Assembly: GCA_963692865.2 (NCBI GenBank)
Contig: OY843592.1
Location: forward strand, 3,488,001-3,552,000
Length of the DNA: 64,000 bases
Direction: 5' to 3'
Source of the DNA: a bacterium
Lineage (GTDB): Bacteria > UBA8248
Shown: positions 37,334 to 47,527 of the stretch, one piece after another
Layout: the number at the start of each line of letters is the position of its first letter
Numbering within the stretch: the stretch's first letter is position 1
Notes under the pieces: generated by a model
The model's database searches: none
Seen by the model: the letters and a program-made list of their open reading frames with translations, nothing else
What the model was told of the DNA's origin: nothing
Translations under genes and position numbers: made by a program

Positions 37334-38415
37334 CTCAACTTCAGTGTCGCCAAACTCATGAGGGCCAACACGACCGCCACTATCCAGAAGCGGACCGTCA
37401 CCTTGGGTTCGGACCAACCCTCCTCCTCGAAGTGGTGATGCAGCGGCGCCATGCGGAACACGCGCCGGCCGGTGAATTTGAAGGAGATCACCTGCACGAT
37501 GACCGAAAGCGCCTCGAGGACGAACAAACCGCCCACCAGGAACAAGAGGAGTTCCTGCTTGATCGCCAGCGCCACCGTGGCCAGCAACGCGCCGAGTGAA
37601 AGCGCGCCCACGTCGCCCATGAAGACCTGCGCCGGATACGCGTTGAACCACAAGAATCCAAGCCCCGCGCCGAACATGGCGCCGCAGAGGACGGCCAGCT
37701 CCCCCGCGCCCCGGACGTGGAGGATGAGCAGATACTTCGATATGCCCGCGTGGCCCGAGACGTAGCTGAAAACGAGATAGGCGCCCGCCGCTATCAGCAG
37801 CGGGCCGGTGGCGAGGCCGTCCAGGCCGTCCGTGAGGTTCACGGCGTTGCTCGTCGACACGATGACCACGGCGGCGTAGGGCACGAACCATATCCCGATG
37901 TCGGGCTGGATGTTCTTGAAAAAGGGGAACATGACGACGGGTTTGAAATCCATCTCCACCAGACCGCTATAAAGGGCGTACCCCACGGCGAGGCCGATGA
38001 TTCCCTGGGCCAGAAATTTCCTGGAGGGCCTCACGCCGTTTTTGTCCTTCAGCATCACTTTCCTGTAATCGTCCCAGAAACCCAACAGGCCGTAGGCGAA
38101 CAGAACGAACAGGGAGAGCCAGATGTAGCCGTTCGCGAGGTCGTTCCACAGCAGAACCGGCGCGGCCACGCACAGGAGGATGAGAACGCCCCCCATCGTC
38201 GGCGTGCCCTTCTTCGCCATGTGGGTTTGGGGGCCGTCGTCGCGGATGACTTCGCCGATTTGACGTTCCTGGAGATAACGAATGAGGCGAGGCCCCAGCA
38301 GCAGCGACATGACGAGGGCGGAGAACACCGCCATCGCCGTCCTGAACGTGATGAAGCGAAACACGTTGAGCGCCGAAATCGTCTCACTCATAGAGATGAA
38401 AACGGAGTAAAGCAT
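37330..38415 (-). CDS. mraY: Phospho-MurNAc-pentapeptide transferase
   Basis: KKGTPTMGG, DDY, NAVNLTDGLDGL, VFMGD, MAPLHHHFE. Confidence 0.98.
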   Translation of the reverse strand: MLYSVFISMSETISALNVFRFITFRTAMAVFSALVMSLLLGPRLIRYLQERQIGEVIRDDGPQTHMAKKGTPTMGGVLILLCVAAPVLLWNDLANGYIWLSLFVLFAYGLLGFWDDYRKVMLKDKNGVRPSRKFLAQGIIGLAVGYALYSGLVEMDFKPVVMFPFFKNIQPDIGIWFVPYAAVVIVSTSNAVNLTDGLDGLATGPLLIAAGAYLVFSYVSGHAGISKYLLILHVRGAGELAVLCGAMFGAGLGFLWFNAYPAQVFMGDVGALSLGALLATVALAIKQELLLFLVGGLFVLEALSVIVQVISFKFTGRRVFRMAPLHHHFEEEGWSEPKVTVRFWIVAVVLALMSLATLKLR

Positions 38416-39830
38416 CAGATTTCGAGTCCTTCAATGAAGCGCTCCATCTCCATCGAACGCGACCCCTTCACCAAAACCCAATCGCCGGAGAGGAGCATAT
38501 CGCCCAGCGCGGAAGCGGCCTGCTCCGGCGTGTCGAAATTCATGATCCGGGCGCCGTCCACCCCCGCCCGTCGCGCCTCATCGGCTGCGAGCCTCATGAG
38601 CGGCCCCACGCCGGCGAACAGGTCCACGCCGCAAGCGGCCAGCTTCCGGCCCACTTCGCGGTGCGCGCTCTCCGCGGCCGGCCCCAGTTCCGCCATGTCG
38701 CCGAGAACCGATATGAGCCGCCCGTCGCCCCTGAGGGCGCTTGCGGTCTCCAGCGCCTGCGAAACGGAGGCGGGATTCGCGTTGTAGGAATCATCCAGAA
38801 GGTGGACGCCCCTGCGTCCGCGCATCTCGCGCGCCTGTAACCGCATCTTCGGAAGGACGGCCCGGGAAAGGCCGGCGGCGATCTCATCCAAGGTGATTCC
38901 CATGGTCGACGCGCAAGCCGCGGCGGCCAGCGCGTTCAGGACGTTGTGCCGTCCGAGCGCCTTGATCCGAACCCCGCTCTCGCCGTCCGCGCAGCGAAGC
39001 GTGAAGCGGGTTCCGCCGGCGGAGACGTGAACCTCATCCGCCCGGAAATCGCTTTGCGGCGAAAAGCCGAAACGAATCACGCGCCCGCCCGCCGCCTCGT
39101 GTCTTTCGGCCAAAACGCGGCTGTGCGGATCTTCGTTCGAGAGCACGGCCACGCCGCCCGGGGGCATGGCTTCCAGTATCTCGCCCTTTGCGTCGCGCAC
39201 CGCCTCCACGCTGCCGAGCCCCTCGATGTGCGCGAGCCCCACGTTCGTGATGACGGCGACCTCGGGCCGGGCGATTCCGGCGAGCCTCCTGATCTCGCCG
39301 GGCTCGCTCATCCCCATCTCGAAGACGGCGTATGCGTGCTCCTCGCCCAGGCGGAGAACCTGGTGCGGCAGGCCCACCAGGTTGTTCAGGTTCCCCTCGC
39401 TCCTGCACGTCTCGCCTCTTGCGGAGAGCAGCGCCGCCGTCATCTCCTTGGTCGTCGTCTTCCCGTTGCTGCCCGTCACCCCCGCCACGGGGATGTCGAA
39501 GCGGCTCCGGTGCGCGCCCGCCAGATCGCCCAAGGCGCGCAGCGCGTCCGCAACCTCGACGACGAAAGCCGCATCCCCACCCGGCACGTCCGCGCCTTTC
39601 TCCACCACGACGCCCGCCGCTTTTTTCTCCACCGCCTGGGGCAGGAAATCGGCGCCGTCGAAGTTGGGGCCCTTGAGCGCGATGAACAGCTCGCCCGCTT
39701 CGATCGTGCGCGTATCCGTGCTCACGCCCGCGGCGTGGGCCGAGCCGTCCCCGCGGACGAGCTTCCCGCCCGTCGCCGCCGCGATCTCGTTTGCGCTGAA
39801 AACAGCCGCCATCGATTCCGCCCCTATCAT
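38415..39830 (-). CDS. murF: UDP-MurNAc-tripeptide--D-Ala-D-Ala ligase
   Basis: DTR, GSNGKTTTKE, EMGM, DDSYNANP, LGDMAELG, VKGSR. Confidence 0.96.
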   Translation of the reverse strand: MIGAESMAAVFSANEIAAATGGKLVRGDGSAHAAGVSTDTRTIEAGELFIALKGPNFDGADFLPQAVEKKAAGVVVEKGADVPGGDAAFVVEVADALRALGDLAGAHRSRFDIPVAGVTGSNGKTTTKEMTAALLSARGETCRSEGNLNNLVGLPHQVLRLGEEHAYAVFEMGMSEPGEIRRLAGIARPEVAVITNVGLAHIEGLGSVEAVRDAKGEILEAMPPGGVAVLSNEDPHSRVLAERHEAAGGRVIRFGFSPQSDFRADEVHVSAGGTRFTLRCADGESGVRIKALGRHNVLNALAAAACASTMGITLDEIAAGLSRAVLPKMRLQAREMRGRRGVHLLDDSYNANPASVSQALETASALRGDGRLISVLGDMAELGPAAESAHREVGRKLAACGVDLFAGVGPLMRLAADEARRAGVDGARIMNFDTPEQAASALGDMLLSGDWVLVKGSRSMEMERFIEGLEI

Positions 39831-41323
39831 TTCTCGTATCCCGCGAGGCGCAGCGCCGCGCGGGCCTCTTCGCGGTCGTCGAACGGCGTGCGCTCGGCCC
39901 CCAGGATCTGATACGTCTCGTGCCCCTTGCCCGCGATGACCACGGCGTCCCCCGCGCGCGCTTCGGCGATGACGGCGCGAATCGCCTCGCGCCTGTCCAG
40001 AACGCTGCGCCAGCGTCCATCGCTCCCGGGCGCGAGAGCCGCGCCGGATTCCACTTCTCTCAGAATCGAGGCGGGGTCTTCCGTGCGCGGATTGTCGGAG
40101 GTCATCACCACGTAATCGCTCGCCCGCAGGGCGGCGGCGGCCATGAGCGGACGTTTTCTCCTGTCCCTGTCGCCCCCGCACCCCATGAGGGTGAGGATTC
40201 TCCCCTCCGTGATGGGCCGGGCGAACTCCAGCACGCGGGCGAGGGCGTCCTCGGTGTGCGCGTAATCCACCACCACCAGAAAGGGCTGGCCCGCGTCTAT
40301 CTTCTCGAAGCGTCCGGGGATGTTCTCCAAAGACGCGACCCCCGCCGCCACCTCATCGGGCGTCAAACCCTGTGAGAGACAAGCCGCAGATGCCGCCAGG
40401 ATGTTGCTCAGGTTGTGGCGGCCGATGAGCGCCGTTTCGACCCTCACCGCTCCGGCGGGCGTCAGCATCCGGAAATCCATGCCCGCAGGGGAACTCGAGA
40501 GGTTCTCCACGCCCAGGTCCGCCCCGGCGCCCAGGGCGTACGTCCAGACTTCTCCCCTCGCCTCTTTGGCGATTCTCCTTCCGTATTCATCATCGGCGTT
40601 GACGATGGAGTTCGCGGGCGAGAACTCTTTGAACAGCCTCAGTTTCGCCTGGAAGTAAGATTCCATGTCGCCGTGAAAATCGAGGTGATCCTGGGTGAGA
40701 TTGCTGAACACCGCCGCCTGAAACTCGCAGCCGAACAATCTGTCCAGGGCCAGTCCGTGGCTCGACGCCTCCATCACGGCATGAGAGGCGCCGGCGTCCG
40801 CCATGCGGCGCAGGTACCGCTGAAGGTCGGGGCCTTCCGAAGTGGTGCGCGGCTCCTCGAATACCTCATCTCCCACGCGGTAATGAATCGTCCCCATCAG
40901 ACCGGTGCGCCTGCCCGAGGAGCGGAGGATCGCATCGACGAGGAACGCGGTGGTCGTCTTCCCGTTCGTGCCCGTGACGCCAACGAGCGCCAACTCGCCG
41001 GAGGGATGGCCGTAGAACGCATCGCCGATGCGCGATAAGGCCTCGCGGCCGGAAGGCGCGACGAACTGGGGCGTCTCGGTGGAGACGCCCTCGATTTTTC
41101 TCTCGACGACGAGGGCGGCGGCGCCCCTGGTGAGCGCGTCTTCCGCGAAATCGTGCCCGTCGGCCTGGAAACCCGCGACCGCGACGAAGACGTCGCCCGG
41201 CTCGACGAGGCGCGAATCGTAGGCCACGCCGGTGATTTGCGCGGAAAAATCTCCACCGGCCCTCGCGCCGGGCACGGTCTGCGTCAATTCCTCGAATGAG
41301 GCGCTTCTCTCACTCACGACCAT
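39827..41323 (-). CDS. murE: UDP-MurNAc-dipeptide--meso-DAP ligase
   Basis: GTNGKTT, MEASSH, DHLDFH, DYAHT, GCGGDRD, DNPR (DAP-type), AGKGHE. Confidence 0.97.
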   Translation of the reverse strand: MVVSERSASFEELTQTVPGARAGGDFSAQITGVAYDSRLVEPGDVFVAVAGFQADGHDFAEDALTRGAAALVVERKIEGVSTETPQFVAPSGREALSRIGDAFYGHPSGELALVGVTGTNGKTTTAFLVDAILRSSGRRTGLMGTIHYRVGDEVFEEPRTTSEGPDLQRYLRRMADAGASHAVMEASSHGLALDRLFGCEFQAAVFSNLTQDHLDFHGDMESYFQAKLRLFKEFSPANSIVNADDEYGRRIAKEARGEVWTYALGAGADLGVENLSSSPAGMDFRMLTPAGAVRVETALIGRHNLSNILAASAACLSQGLTPDEVAAGVASLENIPGRFEKIDAGQPFLVVVDYAHTEDALARVLEFARPITEGRILTLMGCGGDRDRRKRPLMAAAALRASDYVVMTSDNPRTEDPASILREVESGAALAPGSDGRWRSVLDRREAIRAVIAEARAGDAVVIAGKGHETYQILGAERTPFDDREEARAALRLAGYEK

Positions 41324-41331
41324 TGCTCCGT

Positions 41332-43188
41332 TCAACGCGCCGCATCCCATGAAGCCGCCTTCGAACGGTCGCCATGCAGATAGCGGCGCACTTCCCTTGC
41401 GGCGTCCAGAACCCTATCGCCTATCGTCCGATTTCCGTTCTCCACCTCGGCTCGAACGCCGACCCGTGGGCGCGAATCCGCCACCTGCAGGATTCTGGCT
41501 CCCTGCGGCGGCACGCGCATGTAGCGCAGCGCCTGCCAGGCGATGCGCCGCCAAACCGGCGCCGCGACCGTCCCCCCCCACGCGCCACCGGGCGCCTTCC
41601 CCTCATCGAAAATCACGATGAGGGCGAAGCGGGGGTTCTCGTAGGGAGCGAAACCCACGAACGACATGATGAATTTCGAGCGGCTGTAGCCTCTTTGGCC
41701 CGGGAGAACCTTCTGCGCCGTACCCGTTTTCCCCGCGGCGCCGTAACCCGGAATTTCGGCCCTCCTCCCCGTGCCCTCGGCCACGACCTTCCTCATCAAA
41801 GCGCCGAGGCGCTGCGCCACGCGGCGCGAGACGACGCGCCTGAACTGCGGTCCCTGGGCCGGAAGCGTCTCCTTTCCGCCGCGTTCGACGGCATCGTGCA
41901 GAACGGGCCTGGCCATCAGGCCGCCGTTCGCCACCGCGGCCGCGGCCATCACCATTTGAAGCGGGGTGACACCCACTTCCTGGCCGATGGATACCGACGC
42001 CAACGAAATTCCGGACCACTTCTCCGGCGAGCGGAGCACGCCCCGGGCCTCTCCGGGGAAATTGACTCCCGTCTCCCGGCCGAAACCGAACCGGTGCGCC
42101 ATGAAATAGAGCCGGCGCCTGCCCAACTCCCGCGCCATCTTGTAGGTGCCGATGTTCGAGGATTTCACAATCACCTGCTCGGCGGTGAGCCAGCCGTATT
42201 TCTTGTAATCGTGGAGGGTATGGCGTCCCCGACCGGTCCGGTAGGAACCGTTTTCGGCGAAATATCTCTTGGTGAGCGACTTGCCCGCGTCCAGATAAGC
42301 CGCCGCCGTGACGATCTTGAACGTCGAGCCGGGTTCGTAGAACTCCTGGACGGCGGGCTCCTTCCAGAGGAACGCGCCATACCGTTCATAGGTGTTCGGG
42401 TTAAAGCCCGGCACGGACGCCAGGGCCAGAATCCTTCCGCTGCGGGGTTCGACCATCACCCCGATGGCGCGCCGCGCGCCCACCCGGCGCACCTGGGCGC
42501 TCAATTCCTTTTCGACGATATACTGAAGCACCTCGTCAATCGTTAGGCGAACGTCCGCGCCCGGACGCGGCGCCACGATTACCCGCGACTCGGGGTGAAC
42601 CGACCTGCCCTTCGCGTCGCGCTCGATGCGGATGCGGCCCACGCGGCCGCCCATGTGCTTTTGGTAGGATTGCTCCACGCCGTACATGCCCGCGTCATCG
42701 ACGCCGACGAAACCGACCAGAGACGACGCAAGCTCGCGCTTGGGATAAAACCGCCTGCTCTCAATGACGAAGCCCAGGCCGTCGATCCCCAGTTTTTCGA
42801 TTTTTCGTTGTTGATCGGGATTGATCTTCCGCTTGAGCCATACGTATTTTCGGCGGCCGCTCAATTTTTCGAGATAATCTTCCGTCGAGCCGCCCAGAAT
42901 TTCCTTGAGCGCCAGCGAGGTGTTCCGGGGGTCGGCCACTACCCTGGCGTTGGCGAAAAGAGAGGGCGCGTTGATGCTCACCGCCAAAGGCCGGCCCCTC
43001 GCGTCCACGACGTCCCCGCGCCTGGGGCGCACGACGAGCGTGCGGCGCAACTGGCGCTCCGCATAAGCTACGAGGTAATCCCGGTCGCGGATCTGGATGA
43101 TGAAGAGCTTGACGCCCAACGGACAAAATCCAAAAACCACCAACAAGGAGCCGCAAATCATCAAGCGGCGGGTGAAGCCCTGCTTCAT
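41332..43188 (-). CDS. ftsI: Class B penicillin-binding protein (PBP3)
   Basis: RGD..D..G, RFYP, EPGSTFK (SxxK), SSN, KTGTAQK; position in the dcw cluster. Confidence 0.94.
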   Translation of the reverse strand: MKQGFTRRLMICGSLLVVFGFCPLGVKLFIIQIRDRDYLVAYAERQLRRTLVVRPRRGDVVDARGRPLAVSINAPSLFANARVVADPRNTSLALKEILGGSTEDYLEKLSGRRKYVWLKRKINPDQQRKIEKLGIDGLGFVIESRRFYPKRELASSLVGFVGVDDAGMYGVEQSYQKHMGGRVGRIRIERDAKGRSVHPESRVIVAPRPGADVRLTIDEVLQYIVEKELSAQVRRVGARRAIGVMVEPRSGRILALASVPGFNPNTYERYGAFLWKEPAVQEFYEPGSTFKIVTAAAYLDAGKSLTKRYFAENGSYRTGRGRHTLHDYKKYGWLTAEQVIVKSSNIGTYKMARELGRRRLYFMAHRFGFGRETGVNFPGEARGVLRSPEKWSGISLASVSIGQEVGVTPLQMVMAAAAVANGGLMARPVLHDAVERGGKETLPAQGPQFRRVVSRRVAQRLGALMRKVVAEGTGRRAEIPGYGAAGKTGTAQKVLPGQRGYSRSKFIMSFVGFAPYENPRFALIVIFDEGKAPGGAWGGTVAAPVWRRIAWQALRYMRVPPQGARILQVADSRPRVGVRAEVENGNRTIGDRVLDAAREVRRYLHGDRSKAASWDAAR

Positions 43189-43225
43189 GGGCCAACCTGC
43201 TATGGGCGGGAGGAGGAAGGTATGG

Positions 43226-43588
43226 TTATTCTACGCTTCCGGGCCCTAGTCTTACATACACTATTTGCCCGGGATACGGAAAAACCATCTCCATTTTTTT
43301 TCGCGCAATCGACTCGATGCGATCCAGCTGACGAAGCGCGGCCACTTCGATCCGCAAGACGCGCCTGTCCTGCAAGAGTTTTGCTTTCTGGCGCTCCAGG
43401 CGCGCCAGGCGATACCCGATCTTCACCATTTCCAGATGGGGCCACACCAGCGCGGCGGCGCTGCACGCGATGAAAGCAATGCACAGGCCGGCCCTGAGCA
43501 GCGAGACGCCCGAGCCGACGGACGTCTTGCCGGAAAAACGCGCGCTGAACCCCTTTCGCCATCCATTCCGGGTTTTCGAGCGCCTCAT
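43226..43588 (-). CDS. ftsL: Cell division protein FtsL
   Basis: TM helix then leucine-zipper coiled coil and RIESIARKKMEM..P; between rsmH and ftsI. Confidence 0.8.
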   Translation of the reverse strand: MRRSKTRNGWRKGFSARFSGKTSVGSGVSLLRAGLCIAFIACSAAALVWPHLEMVKIGYRLARLERQKAKLLQDRRVLRIEVAALRQLDRIESIARKKMEMVFPYPGQIVYVRLGPGSVE

Positions 43589-44508
43589 CCCCCGGCCCCC
43601 CCGAGGCGTTCGGCGGCGCGCAGTTTCGCGCTGCGGCTGCGCGGGTTTTCCCTCACTTGCGACTCATCGGGCCGAACGACCCGCCGCGTGAGGATTTCGA
43701 GGGTCGGCTCCTCGCCGCCGGAGAGCTCGCGAAAAAGGTTCTTGACGATTCTGTCTTCGAGTGAATGAAAGCTGATGACGACGATGCGCCCGCCCGGGCG
43801 CAGAAGGTACACCGCGTCGCGCAAGGAATCCTCGAGCGTCTCCATCTCGCGGTTCACGGCGACCCGCAGCGCCTGGAACGTCCGGGTTGCGGGGTGAATG
43901 CGCCAACGCCTCCCGCGGCGGCCGCTCCTTCTGGCGGCGACCGCGGCGATGAGCGATGCGAGTTCGTCGCAACGCCTCACGCCTCCATCCGCGCGCGCCC
44001 GTCCGATGGCGCGCGCGATGGCGCGGGAGTGGCGCTCTTCCCCATATCGATAGATGAGATCGGCGAGTTCTTCTTCCGGCAATTGCTCGATCAAATCGGC
44101 CGCGGTCGGCCCCTGCGTCCGGTCCATTCGCATGTCCAGAGGCTCGGGCGCGTTCATACGGAACCCGCGGCCGGGCGTGTCGAGCTGCATCGAGGAAAGG
44201 CCGAGGTCGAACAAAACGCCGTCGACCGACTCATACCCCTCGGCCCGCACGATGCGCTTCATTTCGCCATGATGCGCATGATGAATTCTGGCGGCTGACC
44301 CGTATTTCGCCAGCCGCTCCCTGCAGATGTCGACGGCATCCCGGTCCCGGTCACAGCCGATCAGCACACCCGATGGCTGAACCGCATCCAAAACCGCCTC
44401 ACCGTGTCCCCCTCCGCCCAAGGTAGTATCTAAGAACACGGCGCCCGGAGATGGCGCCAGGAAGCGCAAGACCTCCTGAACCATGACCGGGACGTGAGAC
44501 GCCGTCAT
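43585..44508 (-). CDS. rsmH: 16S rRNA m4C1402 methyltransferase
   Basis: HVPVM, DTTLGGGGH, DLGLSS.Q, LDMRMD, ISFHSLEDR, NPRSRSAKLR. Confidence 0.97.
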   Translation of the reverse strand: MTASHVPVMVQEVLRFLAPSPGAVFLDTTLGGGGHGEAVLDAVQPSGVLIGCDRDRDAVDICRERLAKYGSAARIHHAHHGEMKRIVRAEGYESVDGVLFDLGLSSMQLDTPGRGFRMNAPEPLDMRMDRTQGPTAADLIEQLPEEELADLIYRYGEERHSRAIARAIGRARADGGVRRCDELASLIAAVAARRSGRRGRRWRIHPATRTFQALRVAVNREMETLEDSLRDAVYLLRPGGRIVVISFHSLEDRIVKNLFRELSGGEEPTLEILTRRVVRPDESQVRENPRSRSAKLRAAERLGGAGG

Positions 44509-44607
44509 GTTCACGCTCTCACCGCAAAAGTCGTCCTCAGCGGCGCATTCGTTTGAAATTGGTTTTTCCAGTGCGGCAAACACCCCCGCTCCCCCCATGA
44601 GCCCGCA

Positions 44608-45066
44608 TCAGAATTCGAATTCGATCAAATCTTCTGCGGACTCCTCATCGACGGCCCCGGATTCCCCATTTTCCACTTCACCCATTTCTTCATTCCATTT
44701 CGCCTTGTCCCAAATCTCCAGCCTGTTTTCGATACCCGCTACGATTGCGTCCTTCTCGATGGAAGTTTTCGCGCGCAAATCGGCGGGCAAGAGAATCCTG
44801 CCCTGCCGGTCGAACTCGCACGATTCGGCGCGGCCATAGAGCCTGCGGAGCGTGCGGCGAACCTCTTTCGACGCCGTAGAGAGCTCCTTGAGTTTCTCGC
44901 TGAACTTGCGTTTCCATTCCTGCGCGGGATAGACGAATATGCAGCCGTCCTTGTTGATGAGAACGACCTGCTCGCCGTAAGTGGCGCTCAGATGCTCCCT
45001 GTACCGCGCCGGGATGTTGACGCGGCCTTTTGCATCCACCGATACCGGATGGGCGCTGATGAGCAT
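44608..45066 (-). CDS. mraZ: dcw transcriptional repressor MraZ
   Basis: Two SpoVT-AbrB repeats (DAKGRV.IP, DRQGRILLP), LEIW; GGAGG RBS. Confidence 0.93.
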   Translation of the reverse strand: MLISAHPVSVDAKGRVNIPARYREHLSATYGEQVVLINKDGCIFVYPAQEWKRKFSEKLKELSTASKEVRRTLRRLYGRAESCEFDRQGRILLPADLRAKTSIEKDAIVAGIENRLEIWDKAKWNEEMGEVENGESGAVDEESAEDLIEFEF

Positions 45067-45079
45067 CCTGACTGCACCT

Positions 45080-45104
45080 CCCACTTTACCCCATATTTTC
45101 CCAC
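45080..45104 (-). promoter_or_regulatory. MraZ binding repeats
   Basis: Minus strand GTGGG-AAAAT-ATGGG-GTAAA-GTGGG: three TGGG boxes at 10-bp period between the promoter and the mraZ RBS, as in known MraZ operators. Confidence 0.8.
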
Positions 45105-45115
45105 TTAGATTTCTT

Positions 45116-45144
45116 CTTATATCCCGGCACGAGAAGCCTGTCAA
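45116..45144 (-). promoter_or_regulatory. sigma70 promoter of the dcw operon
   Basis: TTGACA-17 nt-TATAAG directly upstream of the MraZ boxes. Confidence 0.8.
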
Positions 45145-45541
45145 CACGAAAATTCGAAAAAGTGAGAAAAAACAATGATTTCTATCATTAAAAAGCAAGG
45201 AGTATGTCAAATTTTTTACGTCAGTATCAGCCATAAAATATAATGTATTACTTTAATAAAATAATTTTAATTTATTGAAATTAAATTAAAATTAAAGTTT
45301 AGGTGGGTTGTAGTGGGGAAATTTTAGAAAAGAAGAAGCGAGAAAAATCTTTTACCATGATGAGAAAAGAACGAGCGGCACGGTTTCGACGATCACGCTT
45401 GCGGCGCAGGGGCGCGCGCGTGAATCATCCACGGAACGCTTCGATGGGTGGGCAAGACGAAGAGGGGCGCGAGTTTCCCCTATCGAGAATCCGCCTTTTG
45501 GGCCAGAACCAAATCCGGAGACCAGGCCCGGCTAAGGAAAA

Positions 45542-46414
45542 TCAGAAGCAATGCTCTTCTGCGGGAAACGCGCCTTCCCGCACCTCCCGGCAGTAGCGCT
45601 CCATCGCCTCCGTGGTCATTCGCCCGACGTCGGCATACACCTTAACGAACTTCGGCGTGAAATCGCTGAACAGGCGAAGCATGTCGTGGGTGACGAGCAC
45701 CTGGCCGTCGCAATCGGGGCCCGCGCCGATGCCGATGGTGGGAATGTCGATCTCCCGCGTCACGCGCGCGCCCAGGGCCGCCGGTATGCCTTCGAGCACG
45801 AGGGAGAACGCGCCGCCCTCCTGCACGGCCACCGCGTCGCGCAGCACCTGATCCGCCCCTTCATCGGTTTTCCCCTGCACCTTGAAGCCGCCGAACGCAT
45901 GGACGCTCTGGGGGGTGAGGCCCACGTGCCCCATCACGGGAATCTGGCTTTCCACCACCGCGCGAATCTCGTCCTTGACGCGGACGCCGCCTTCGAGCTT
46001 CACCGCCTCGGCGCAGCCCTCCTGAATGAGGCGGCCCGCGTTCAGGACGGTATCGCGCGCGCTGACGCCGAAGCTCAGGAACGGCAGGTCGGCCACGAGC
46101 AGCGCCCTGGGGTTCGCGCGGCTCACCGCCCGGGTGTGGTGCGCCATGTCGTCGAGGGTCACCTTCGTCGTGTCGGGATAGCCCAATACCACCATCCCGA
46201 GGCTGTCGCCGACCAGGATGACGTCCACGTCGGCGCCGTCCACGAGTTTCGCCGTGGGGTAGTCGTACGCGGTGACGGAGGTGATCTTCTTCCCGCCCTT
46301 GCGCGCCCGAATGGTGGCGGCCGTGACCTTTCTGCGCGTTTTCTTGTGCGCGCCGTTTCCGTTGATGGGATTGCTACCGTTGGAATAGAACTTCTCGAGG
46401 CTTTTCGTGCTCAT
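45542..46414 (-). CDS. panB: 3-methyl-2-oxobutanoate hydroxymethyltransferase
   Basis: TAYD, ILVGDSLG, ADLPF, VKLEGG, GHVGLTPQ, IGIGAG..CDGQVLV. Confidence 0.97.
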   Translation of the reverse strand: MSTKSLEKFYSNGSNPINGNGAHKKTRRKVTAATIRARKGGKKITSVTAYDYPTAKLVDGADVDVILVGDSLGMVVLGYPDTTKVTLDDMAHHTRAVSRANPRALLVADLPFLSFGVSARDTVLNAGRLIQEGCAEAVKLEGGVRVKDEIRAVVESQIPVMGHVGLTPQSVHAFGGFKVQGKTDEGADQVLRDAVAVQEGGAFSLVLEGIPAALGARVTREIDIPTIGIGAGPDCDGQVLVTHDMLRLFSDFTPKFVKVYADVGRMTTEAMERYCREVREGAFPAEEHCF

Positions 46415-46519
46415 GGTCGCTCCCTCTCTGGGTGAACGCCTGCTTCCGGGTTGATTTCGATGCTTTATTGCTCTGTTAAAGTGTCCAGGGCGCAAGGCTC
46501 CCGGCACGTCTTGCCAAGA

Positions 46520-47518
46520 TTATGCACTCTCCCCCTCGCCGTCAAGGCGCGAATCGCTTTCCGCGCCGTGTGAGGAGGAATCTTTTTCAAGAGACAATAT
46601 CCGATAATACAACGATTTATGGGCCGAAAACAAGACGCCGCGCGCATCCGCGCGCTCGATGAAGCGCCCCGTCACCTCGCGTATCTCGCTCCGGCGGCCC
46701 CGCATCAAATCCTGCCACATGGAATTTCTGTTGCCGGCCGTGGCGCGGGCGGTTTCCCGGACGATCTCCAGAGCGTCGAGCGCCATGCCTTCCGAGTCGA
46801 TGAGCGCCTGCAACTCCCTCGCCAGGGCGTCCACGAGCACCGCGGCGGAGGGAGTTTCCAGCAACTCGCCGTTTCTGAGTTCCAGCGCGGCTCCCAGGGG
46901 GTTGATGACGGCGTTGGCCACCGCCTTTCGCCATTCCGCCTCCTTGCCGTCGCGCTCTTCGCGGACGCGAATCCCCAGAGGCTCCAGGAATTCGGCCAGT
47001 CGCCCCACGAGCGGGGCGTCGTCCGCTGTTCCCGGCTCGGGCGCCAGGGCGACGTCCAGCGCGCCGAACTGGTTCACGCGCCCCGGTTTCGTGATCTCCG
47101 CCCCCGTGCCCACGAGACCCCGCACGACCCCGCCCTCCCGGAAAGAGGGCGGGAGGTCCTTGCAGACGTCCAGTCCGTTCGAGAAAACGACCGTGATGGT
47201 TCCCTCGCCCGTCATCCCGGAGAATTCCTCCGCCGCCTCTGCGATTCGACCCGCTTTCACGGTGAAGAAAAGGTGCGAGGCCGTGAGGTCGAGGGCTCCC
47301 CTGCATACCCGTGGCCGGGCGGCATAGGCCGCCTCGCCGTGGACGTGGACGCCGCCTTTCTCGATTTCATCCAAATGCGCGGAGGTTTCCGGGCCCGGAT
47401 TGGCGGAACCCGCCAGATAAACGCGGCCCTCGGGGAGGTGCTTCTGCAACTGCGCCGCAAGCATGGTTCCCACGGCGCCGGGGCCTGCGACGACGACGGG
47501 GCGAGTATCCTTTGCCAA
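46520..47518 (-). CDS. panE: 2-dehydropantoate 2-reductase family protein
   Basis: GPGAVG, TVK, NGL, WRK...N..INP, NSMWQD, SEI; adjacent to panB. Confidence 0.85.
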   Translation of the reverse strand: MAKDTRPVVVAGPGAVGTMLAAQLQKHLPEGRVYLAGSANPGPETSAHLDEIEKGGVHVHGEAAYAARPRVCRGALDLTASHLFFTVKAGRIAEAAEEFSGMTGEGTITVVFSNGLDVCKDLPPSFREGGVVRGLVGTGAEITKPGRVNQFGALDVALAPEPGTADDAPLVGRLAEFLEPLGIRVREERDGKEAEWRKAVANAVINPLGAALELRNGELLETPSAAVLVDALARELQALIDSEGMALDALEIVRETARATAGNRNSMWQDLMRGRRSEIREVTGRFIERADARGVLFSAHKSLYYRILSLEKDSSSHGAESDSRLDGEGESA

Positions 47519-47527
47519 GGGTCGCGC

